Of a DNA stretch of 64,000 bases, positions 26,004-36,390 are shown in pieces. Every line of letters begins with the position of its first letter. The stretch's first letter is position 1. Made by a program: the position numbers and the translations under genes. Origin of the DNA: Euprymna scolopes (Eukaryota); NCBI GenBank assembly GCA_053919585.1, contig CM132790.1. One strand, given 5' to 3'. Below the pieces are notes generated by a model. The model saw only the letters and a program-made list of their open reading frames with translations. It was not told where the DNA came from and searched no databases.

Positions 26004-28499
26004 CAGATTACTAAATAATACAAACTTAAGATATTTTGCTTAGATAAATTCGTGCGTTTTTTTTTTTTTTTTTTGTTTTTTGTTTTCTCCATTTGCTATA
26101 TAAGCTTTTTGCTAACCTAATATGACTATATTCTCATCGGGGTTGTAGTGTTATAGTTTCCACGCAAAATCGTCATACACAAGAAATTGGTGAAATATCT
26201 CCTTATGTTTGATCATACATCCTAGTTGTTCTTGATAGTAAATAATCGCAAGTTTTTATGTGCCATAAAATCACCCAACTGTACAATACCTGCCTCTACA
26301 CTACTAACAATTATTTCTCCCACTTCTCCACATTCTTCTATACAACCATGAGAAATTATCCAACTAATATATTTTACATGTACCTGATTCTGCTCATAGT
26401 CTAGGAATATTATTAAAAATATTAATTTTTTTTACCTCCTACTCCACCAGCTTAAATTTAATAAAGTGTGTTGATTGGTTGGTTCCTGGAACCATTTTTA
26501 CTCCAACTCTTTGACCACACGAACTGCCTGTTTCCTCTTTTGCACCTGATGTGTTACACACTGACCCGTGTCCAATTATTCTTCTGATATTAAGAAAGAA
26601 ATCCAGTCTTGTCCATGCATAATAACTTAATGTTTGAAAGTTCGGGGGATTTTTTTTTTTTTTTTTTCATAATGTATTTCTTGATTGATTTATCATCTCT
26701 GGTCTTTGTAGTTGTTTTTAGGCGGATTATAAAGTTATTTCATATTACATGGATAGTTGCTTTCCTGTATAAAACATATCACACACACGTGTGTGTGAAA
26801 TTATTTTTTTTACATCTATTTTCTATTCTTTAGAAATACCAACTTTTTTAAGCAGAAGCTCGATGATTCAGGTATAACAGAGCATATATAAATAACATTT
26901 TTGCTAGATTCTAAAGTCGAAGTATTTATCTTACCAATCATTTTTCAAAACAAAAACTTATATCGAAAATTTTTTTCAAAAAAATGATTGATAAGATGAA
27001 TAAAATCTATGTTGCTTATTTGCATAACTTGAGATTTTAGAAGTTTGACCGAAATAGGAGTTAAGTTGACACATTTCAGTTTGAGACCAGTCAATTTTCA
27101 TTTGTACCATACACATTATAATACTGTTCTTTACTATAGTTTGTTAAATTTTGTAGTCTCGCCCAGATAACTGGTAATATAGAAACATTTTTTTTAATTA
27201 TGACCAAAAGATTCAAATTAGCAAGGGGGATAACTTTTATTTAATCGCCGAATATGAAGAGTTGTTTTCCATACAATTATGCAAAAATTAAATGAATAAA
27301 ATAAAATAAAAGCTTCATTATATGCCGGCAAACGTGAGTACAGCTCTTCCGTTTTAAAGGAAGAAAGTCTTACTTTTGTCTATGTTTGGTTAAACTCGGA
27401 AACTACAGAAGATACACTTTCAAATTTGACTTATTCCAATTCGGTGTGACAATGATTTGCTTATGATAAAGGAAACACACACAAAAACTCTTATATTCAA
27501 TAGTTTCGGTTTACCAGGGACCAAATTATTATTTTTTTTTTTCGGGGGAAGGGGTAAACATTTTACTATAAGATAAAATTACTTTTTCATGAAGAAACGG
27601 AAAAAAAGACGACTGTATTGTATTAGACCGAAATAAGTTTGTTTGTTTTTTCTTTTCTTTTTGTTTATTTCTTTCTATCATATTGAAGCAATTGCCAAAG
27701 TTTACACATTAATAAGAAGGGTGGAGGTGAATGTGTTAACCAAGGATAATAGAGCGGTTTTAAAAGAAGCAAATAGTCCTTATTTACTTGCATAAGGTCG
27801 TTTTCTGTGTATGTGTGTGTGTGATGAAAATCTAGCCCTCATTCTGATTAGGAACAAAAATACCTATATGGTCTCGTCTGGCATTTCCTCACGAACATGA
27901 GACCCTCTGACAATAATCCTATTCCTCCTCCTCCTCCTCTTAAAAAAAAAAGAAAAAAAAAAGCTATGTTTGATATTGTTCCTATTAACTTTCTTCTCCT
28001 TAAGGAGTTTTTACTTGAAAACTGAAAGTTTGGTTGATTAATATTGTTTTCTCATAGTTTTCTGCAAAAGAAACCTTTTTTCAAAATTGAAATTTTGTAT
28101 AAATTATGTGCAATTTTTATATTTCGAAATACTGAAGATATGTTAACAAAGGGCAATAAATCAGACACTTTTACAATTCGATAACTTTTTGTAACTGAAA
28201 CGTTTTTCTTTGCTAGTTGTTCACTTGAATGTTTTATTTCGGCAATATTTATTATCCGCTTGTGGGGCCTGTGGAAATTCCATCTTTCCTATGTAATATA
28301 TTTCTGCTGTGTATTCTGTGCATATTCAGCATGAATGGTAACCCTGCGATATTATTTTGTTAAACTGCTTTTTTTTTTTTTGTTAAAACTATAAATTTAT
28401 TTATCTAAGTAATCTGGTTAATGTAGTGTCAGAATATATCTGGTTATTCCGGTTTATCTCCAATATCCTTATAGGAATCTGTGACATATTTCTATTGTA

Positions 28500-28660
28500 T
28501 GGACTCCCAGCGCGACAGAAGCCTCGGGATTGTGGTACGGGTTCAAACCTGCCTGCCTACCACTACTTTTTATTTATTGTTTTTTTTGTTTTGTTTTTTT
28601 GTTTTTTTGCTCAACACACACACTTCCAAACACCCGGGCAACGCCGGGCACCAAGGCTAG
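28500..28660 (+). mobile_element. Non-autonomous Helitron-like 3' end
   Basis: cccgggcaacgccggg hairpin, then CTAG|T at 28657-28661; reverse complement of 5631-5760. Confidence 0.7.
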
Positions 28661-29734
28661 TCTATAATATAAATCAAAGATTAGAACCGTTTCTGAATTT
28701 TTAGATGAGGATTAATTCATGTTTGAATATTTTGTTACGTGGTTCATTACTTTAGATTGTATTTTATTTGATTGTGTTCCTTTTTCTGTTAAGACGATCA
28801 TATACTTTCTAAACATTGTTTCGTTTTTTCTTAACAGAATAACACATGATTTGACGGTGCAAAATAACGATGTGACCCTTCTAGAGTTATCGAACTTACT
28901 TTCGACTTTGCCGGGCGTAACTGCAAGACTGCTCTTAGTCTTTGGTTCAAGAGCCTTGACTCACAAAGCAGTTGGAGTCCAGGTTTGCGGTGCTGAAAAC
29001 TCACATTTACCAAATTCCTGTTGGTGTACTCACAGTGTTGATGAAAGCTGCATTTTTGCTAGGACCTCTGTGTGCTTTTAACAAACATCAAACACTAGAT
29101 CTTGAGCAGCAGTATATACGTTTACATGTTTTAATTAATTATTGAAAAATCAAACGAAAATGAACATTTACTTTATATTGTTCAGATATTACAACCGTTG
29201 CAACCAAGTGTTTCCAACATGAATTATTTTCGTTTGTTTTGATTGTGTTTTTGTTCTAAATGTAAAAAACAGAAGTCGCCACACTCATCGAAAAAAATAA
29301 TCAAACGAAAATACTTTCATACATATATAGTTCAATTCACACATCGTTAAATTGTTTTGGCTCAGTGTTTGGTAAGAATGCGAATCTCACCTAAAACTGA
29401 GGATGATTGATCCGATAGGGTCATCAATATTTTTATTTTTTATTTTAACAAACTCTATGATTAGATATGATTGGTTTCAATATGAAATGGGTACATTGAC
29501 CGTGTTTACTTTTTATGTTCTGCTAATCGAGATCTACTGTACGCAGCCAGGGTAATTTAGTCCTGTAGTTAGCATGTTTGGTTGAAATCAATTCAATCTA
29601 TAGTGGACATAAAGTTTTATGTTGTAGACGATTGGATATAAATAGGAAATTAAATCACTAGTTTAATACTATTAGATGGAAAATAATCTGGAAATGAATT
29701 TCCTTTCATTCTAATATACAATTTTTATTACATT

Positions 29735-31270
29735 TTCACCCCATTGTCACTTTGGTGTAGGGGGCTACTATCAGGGGCAACAACTACTGGGGTACTATGT
29801 AGGGATTTGGGTAGCAAGATGTCGGTTCACGTTGCACTTGAACTTCTGCACATCAGTACAGTTGGAGAATCAGGGACCTGGAATGGAATTCCAAAGTCTA
29901 GCGGTTCTGGGGAATAAACTACTAGAGTAGAAAGATATTTTACATCTAGGGATCTCTACAGTGTGGGGGTGGGATTTAGCAGCCTGTTGGGTTTGTCGAG
30001 GGTGTTCACATTGTGGGGGAACAAGTGCTTGCAGTTCGTCAGAGATTCACCATTAAAATACTTGTAGAACAGGCAGAGGGATGCAACGTTTCGTCAATGG
30101 GACAGTGGCTGAAGCTTAGATGCCAGTTCAGGGCCTATCAGATTTGCAACTCTCTTTTGAACCTTGTCAAGGAGCGAGAGACTAGTAGCATATGCACCAG
30201 CCCAAATATGACAGCAATACTCCATACATGGGCGAATTGTGGCCTTATAGAGGTACAGGATGCTTTCGGGTGTTAGTAGTTTTCTAGCACGGTAGAGAGA
30301 GCCCACCTTCCTTGCAGCAGTCCTGGCAATGCCTTCAATGTAATTGCTCCAACTCATGTTTCCTGTGAACCAAGGAGTTTGAAAGATGTACTCTCAGATA
30401 AAGAGTCGTTGCCCATTGCTATATGTGGTAGAGAAGGTTTCTTGTAATTATTGAATGAAACTAGTTTAGTCTTGGTGGCATTGAACGTGACCATCCATTT
30501 TTGTCCCGATTCCACTACAGATTGGATGTCATCCTCTAGTGTTCCTGCCATTTCTTTAGATATGTGTTCATTTGTTTTCCTGTCAGGCCTGTTATAGAGT
30601 GTGGTGTCATCAGCATATATACCCATCTCAGAGGCAGTTTTGTCGGAGGTCATTTATGAATATCAGGAACAGTAGCGGTCCAAGGATAGACCTCTGGGGC
30701 ACTCCCGCATTTATATCATTGTTTAGATGTATGACTGTCGAGGACAGCCTGGATTTTTCTCTTATCTAAGAAGGATTTAATTATGTTAAGTATTCTACCA
30801 GTGATACCGTATGATCTAATTTTCCTGAGGAGACCCTTATGTGATATCCTGTCAAAAGCCTTAGATATATCTAGAGCTACCGCTCTGCCCTCCCCCACTT
30901 TGTCCAGTGAATGGTATATACGTTAAGAGATTACAGTTAGGATGTCTGCTGTGGAACGGGCTTGTCTAAATCCATATTGTTGTAGAGTTTGGAGAGCTGG
31001 AGCTACTTCGCCTGAGCACTTTTTTAATAGAACAGCTGGGATGAGATTGGGTCCACATGCTTTTGAAGTGTCAAGGTTTTTTATGATAGCATGCACCTGA
31101 GCAGGGGTGATTTTCAGATCGTCTAGCGTGGCGTCTGTCCGCATAGGAAATTCAGGTAGGGGGTGGTTGGAAGGGTCCATTGTGGAGTTTGAGGCAAACC
31201 AACTGGCAAGCATGTTAGCCTTTTCGGTTGCTGAGCAAATAACCTCGTGATTTTTGGTTAGTGGGGGAAA
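29735..31270 (-). pseudogene. CR1/L2-group LINE family B RT pseudogene
   Basis: QYGFRQARSTAD, ALDISKAFDRI.H, GVPQ, IYADDTTLY, LYLYKATIRPCMEYCCHIWAGA; frameshifted; 3' tail differs from family A. Confidence 0.92.
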
Positions 31271-31552
31271 GTAAAGTCGGTGTCTTCCCTGACTTTTATA
31301 GAGAATTTTCCTTATGCAAAATCAATATTTGATTCTGGTTCACCAGTTCTTTTGGATTGTTGCTAAAAATGTGTTTACATGTTCGGAATAATAAAATGTA
31401 ATTTGATTTAAGACTTTTCAGAAAATACTTTGACCATGTAGTAGTTATTTTCATACAGATGCCATCTTTAAAAAAAAATGTATGTGTAATCTTACAACAT
31501 AGTTAAAAGAAATCACACGTGTAAAAACATGGATGCTGGTTAAGAAGAGTTA

Positions 31553-32200
31553 ATCTCTATCACTACTATTATAGAAAAGGAATTTTGTGTGTGTCTGTGG
31601 GTGAGTTCGTTCCCTATGGACTCAAAAACGACTGGACCGATTTTTATGAAATTTCACATCGAAGGTACTTTATGTGCCTGGCAGTGTTCTTCGATACATT
31701 TGTAATGCACTTGTGATGTTAGGCTGTGTAACTTATTAACTTTGGTTAAAATCGCCTGTTCCTTCTTTCATTAGATTATTTCGATTATCGATTCTTATCG
31801 AAGACTTCACTGAAAGGCCTGATATATAAAAGCAATAGTGGGTTCTTTGTGATAGTGGCATGTTCAAAATGAATATTTCTATTTAAAGCACAATTGCACC
31901 ATGAAACTTGACTTTTTCATGTTAAGCTTAAATTCAAGCCATTATTATCGCACAAGCAGTAAGACGAGGCATATAAAAATCAACAGTAGGTTCTTTGATA
32001 TGACAGGGGCTTGTTCGAAATGAATGTTTCTATTTAGAGCACAAATGAGTTATGATGCATGCATTTTAAATTTTAATTCAAGCCAATTTATATAAAAAAT
32101 AAAATCAACATTAGATTCTCTACAGTGCAATGTAGACTGCAATGTATTGTGGACTAAACCACTGTAGGGAGGCATGTGAATCTTCCTCCCGGGTCCCCAA
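31553..32200 (+). mobile_element. Non-autonomous Helitron-like element, 5' part with internal repeats
   Basis: a|TC...tactattatag start and aaaacgactggaccgatttttatgaaattt motif; homologous to 46795-47420. Confidence 0.65.
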
Positions 32201-33444
32201 CTAGAGCAGACAATGAACCAATTTGCTTGAAAGAAAAATGGGCTATTTCAGCGATTTCAATGACAATAAAAATATGTGAGTGCAAAACGTTCGTTGATCA
32301 TCATTCATTCGCAGGCTAATAATTTATATTTCGCTATTTTTAAAAGGTGAATATGTGTGTGTAGACTGTGCATTTAGTTATGTTAGCACTGACAGTAGAT
32401 ACGTTTCTCTTGCTCGTTAAACACTTTATCTGAGTTAGTATGGCTTGGAGCAGGTAGAGACTGTTACCGATGGAGAATGGAAGGGACAAATAATAAGGGA
32501 TAGAATAGGGAAAAATGTTTAAAAAAAATAGCTAAGCAAGTAGGCATTAATGATTGATAATACAACCTGCGTAAGATAAAAGAACCATTTTTGCTTCTTC
32601 TATGGTATTAAATTAGTTTAATAGCTGTTTGACTAGTCAATCCAGAAGTAAAATATTAGAACCAAAAAGTTAGTATGTAAGCAGGCTGGGATGTTCTATT
32701 GTACTCATGTGAGCAAGCCAATACTCCGTGTTCTGAATTGTCCAGCTTGGTTCAATAATGGACATTCTAGTGTATTCATTCGAGCAAGAGGTTTTCTGGT
32801 AGTAGACGCCAGTTGGAAACCTTAGACTGGTAAGTGTCACTTTTGTTCTTGACAAGAACCCCCTAAAATATTTGAAATGTTTATCCATAGATCTTTGTAA
32901 TATGTTTTTGTGGCATTCACAAACATTATTATTGTCAGAGCTGTATTTTCTGTTATGCAGACATGTCCTATATAACCGAGATAATGTTTACTGATTAGAT
33001 ATTTTCAATGGCGTCGTGCCAACCGTTTTTTTTTTTTTTTTTTTTTTTTTTTTTGGAGACAGTCATTGCTTTGCACAAAGCCATAATCTACATCTTCATA
33101 ATTACGTTCTTTTAGTACATTTTTCCTTTTTTTTTCCATAATAAAATATGATCACTTAGCTTACTCTGCAGAATAATTACACGTTTTTTGATGAATTATG
33201 GAAAAGGAGGGAGGGTGAAGTTTGTTAATATTTAATTTAGTTAATTCGTATAAAGGAATCGAAGAGTGTAATTATTACTTCCATCCCATTATAGGCTGGA
33301 GTGTCAGCTATTATAAAAAAACGCAAATAGTTGTGCATAAATCTATACTAACGTTAAACGTATGACTCAACAGGTCACAACCATTGCTCCCATTTTGTCT
33401 TTGTATTATTGGATCATAACTTAAGGCCATGGAACTGAATGATT

Positions 33445-33910
33445 GCCAAACAACCTCTTTCTCACAGAAGAGATGTTGCGAGTTTGTCTCTACTTTATCG
33501 TTATTTTCATGGCAAGTGCTCGACTGAGCTCCAATCTATGGTCCCGTATTTGCCAAACTTTCACAAGAAACACTCGTCTAGCAGAAAACACTATCACTAA
33601 TTTCCCCCACTCTTTATCTGTGCCTAAACCTAAACGTAGATTCCATGAACAAAGCTTCTTTCTTAGAACTGCACGCATGCGTAACTGTCTGGCGTTTTCC
33701 TGCTTTCCAGCTGACTACAATATGGTTATTTCCAAGTCTAACGTAAACAAGTTTTTGATGAGCCATTCCGTATAAGTTAACAAATTTACCGAATTTCCAT
33801 TACTAACGATTACTATATTGTCCAATTTCTACTGTACACTCTTTAATCCTTGTCCTCGAGTGGCCTCTTGGCCTTGATAAGTGGTGATGCCTATGTAAAA
33901 AAAAAAAAGA
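33445..33910 (+). mobile_element. CR1-group LINE family A 3' fragment with poly(A)
   Basis: EQSFFLRTARMRNCL..CFPADYN; family tail. Confidence 0.85.
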
Positions 33911-34026
33911 AAAAAAAGATAAGTAACCCTACTTTGATTTTATTTGAAAGTTCATAAACAGTATTATCTTTGACATTCTTTTGGAATAACTACAAATAAG
34001 TCTATTTACTCCTATATTATTATTAT

Positions 34027-34201
34027 TAGGGCTGTGACAACAGCATATTCTTTTCATTATTTTTACTCTTGAGTATATGTTCGTTAGCATCTTATGTATT
34101 TATATAGATTGATGTGGTTCTCGGTTGATTGACTGTTTCTTAATGTGTCGGATATATACGAGTCAAAACAATGAAAAGAATATGCTGTTGTCACAGCCCT
34201 G
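34027..34201. mobile_element. hAT-type MITE, 175 bp, 8-bp TSD
   Basis: 31-bp perfect inverted repeat agggctgtgacaacagcatattcttttcatt; TSD attattat at 34019-34026 and 34202-34209. Confidence 0.9.
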
Positions 34202-34217
34202 ATTATTATATACTAGA

Positions 34218-34695
34218 TGATTGAGATTGTCGGACTGACTTCCTTATCTTTGTTGTTATTGTCACAACGTTTCGGCCGTTTTGCCCTCCGGCCTCCGTCA
34301 GGTGTTTTGTATCGAACTGGGGAACCGTTTGTTAGGAGTCTCGAACCCAACCCTTTGTTATTATTACGGGGGTACCGTGTTCAGACTCCAGCTAGGCTTT
34401 GGGACATAGTTGCTGATTCTCTGTTTTGAATGTTACTTTTTCACTGCCTTCGTTCAGGATTGAAGGCAGTGAAAAAGTAACATTCAAAACAGAGAATCAG
34501 CAACTATGTCCCAAAGCCTAGCTGGAGTCTGAACACGGTACCCCCGTAATAATAACAAAGTGTTGGGTTCGAGACTCCTAACAAACGGTTCCCCAGTTCG
34601 ATACAAAACACCTGACGAAGGCCGGAGGGCAAAACGGCCGAAACGTTGTGACAATAACAACAAAGATAAGGAAGTCAGTCCGACAATCTCAATCA
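34218..34695. mobile_element. Near-perfect palindrome of Penelope-like terminal repeats (234-bp arms, 10-bp spacer)
   Basis: Arms 34218-34451 and 34462-34695 with 2 visible mismatches; each arm carries a hammerhead-like motif. Confidence 0.85.
34609..34650 (+). ncRNA. Minimal type-I hammerhead ribozyme motif
   Basis: CAC-CUGACGA-A-GGCCG-gagggcaaaa-CGGCC-GAAA-CGUU-GUG. Confidence 0.65.
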
Positions 34696-35096
34696 ATGAA
34701 AACACCTCATCTCAAAAATACAGACAATTACTATATGCTAGATGTTCCACAGAATGAGAAACATATTTAATCAACAAATATTTTGATAAAGCTGATATTT
34801 TTCTGGATAGCGCAAAAAAAAAAATTGTACAGAAAAAAAAATCAATAACAGCCAGCAAATATGAGTTTATTAAAATTTCTATGAAAATAATGTTCATTGT
34901 ATCTTAAATATAGAACTAACTCAAATGAGATAAATTTATAAATACTCAAAGTAATATTGTGTTATATAGTTAGATACAATTAATAAAATCACTTTGTAAA
35001 GAGACGATCTTTAATGTACTTCAGTCCAAAACCTCTTGCCAGGCAATGTTCAATTTTTTTACCTGTTTTTTTTATGTTTTTTTTTTTTTTTTTTTT

Positions 35097-35303
35097 TACG
35101 TAGCACTTCGCTGACTTTTTTACGTAGCACTTCGCTGACTTTTTTTACGTAGCACTTCGCTGACTTTTGTTTTACGTAGCACTTTGCTGACTTATTTTTT
35201 ACGTAGCACTTTGCTGACTTATTTTTTACGTAGCACTTTGTTGACTTATTTTTTTACGTAGCACTTTGCTGACTTATGATTTTACGTAGCACTTTGCTGA
35301 CTT
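35097..35303. repeat. Minisatellite, 8 copies of tacgtagcactt(c/t)gctgactt plus oligo-T
   Basis: Direct count; period 24-28 bp. Confidence 0.97.
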
Positions 35304-35319
35304 TCTGTGTTTTATATCA

Positions 35320-35690
35320 TTCAGATTACTATTCTCACCTTGGTTGTTTCCACGTTTCAGTTGATTTAACCTGTGCCCATCTTCAAGTGTACGTTTTCCT
35401 ACTTAGTTATTTTCACGTCTAACTTGGAAACCTATACACAAGTTCAAATTGAACCTTTGATTTAATCCATGGAGATAAATAAAAATTGATGCTGTTACTC
35501 GATGAAAAACAAAAAAAAAACTACCTCCATGGATTAAATAAATGGCATAAGTTCAAAATTCTGTTCAAGTTTGATTAGGCGGTTTTCAAGTTTAAAACGA
35601 TGCACTTGAAGAAAATCAAAGCTTAGATTTTTCAAAACATAAAAATAACAAGGATGAAAAGAGAATCCCGAATAATCCAAATCAACTTTT
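35320..35690. mobile_element. Old Penelope-like inverted terminal-repeat pair
   Basis: ttaatccatggag and ctccatggattaa are inverted; decayed hammerhead cores at ~35348-35389 (-) and ~35600-35640 (+). Confidence 0.5.
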
Positions 35691-36239
35691 TTGAGTTTTT
35701 TGTTTTAGTCTGTTTTAAATCCTTATAAATGAATTCCAATTCAATTATAATTAAGAGATTCATACCTTTCACAAGGTCTTTTTTTTTCCAATTTTATTCT
35801 GTTTTTGTTGGGGATGGAGCAACATTTACCTGCTATTTCAGGCACTCCAACCGAAAGATCTTTTTAAGATTATAACCGTCCCTTTTAATACAATTGTGTC
35901 TGTCTTGCACTTTTTTCACCGGGTATATTCGCCAGGTAGTTATTAAAATTCTTTTTCATGAGTCCGAATGCTCCCATAATTATTGGTTTTAGTTTGGAAG
36001 TGAATGTGATGTCATTGAATTTGGACTTTGTTTACTGATTTGAAAGATCGAATCACTAATTCTATCAGCATCTTCAGAATAAGTTAGTTAACCAATATAT
36101 GTAATAAATATAGACATATTTGACAAGATTCCTGGCACAAGATGTTATTTACAGATTCCTGAATGTTAATCTTATGGTCGATGCGTTCACAATATTTTGG
36201 ACAATGCACTTTTTAAACTGTAGTAAATACAGTTGTTTG

Positions 36240-36390
36240 TTCATAAACCATGAAGACACATAAAGTGAGTGTGCACAGGATTGTGCATTTATGGCCAGCA
36301 ATAAAGATGTTTTTGGTAATCGGTGAGCAGTTTGCACATGCGCTTTTGGCCTTCCGGTTACTGCCCACTTTTTCATCTTCCCGGTGTTTA
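36240..36390 (-). mobile_element. Possible piggyBac transposase C-terminal Cys-rich remnant
   Basis: KSACANCSP...HKC.NPV..H..MC with a frameshift resembles the CxxC...CxxCxxxxCxxHxxxxCxxC domain. Confidence 0.3.

Noticed and set aside
23744-26043. Long ORFs of 100-681 aa (RERE/SLSL-rich)
   Set aside because: Open in essentially all frames because the satellite lacks stop codons; no evidence of coding
32670-32888. 72-aa minus-strand ORF or + strand exon ending at GTAAGT (~32830)
   Set aside because: The + strand candidate has stops in all frames and the minus ORF has no recognisable homology
34217-34705. Twin 70/73-aa ORFs resembling signal-peptide proteins
   Set aside because: Mirror products of the palindrome; better explained by the repeat
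35097-35303. CRISPR-like repeat array
   Set aside because: The spacers are only a few T-rich bases, there are no cas genes, and the context is eukaryotic
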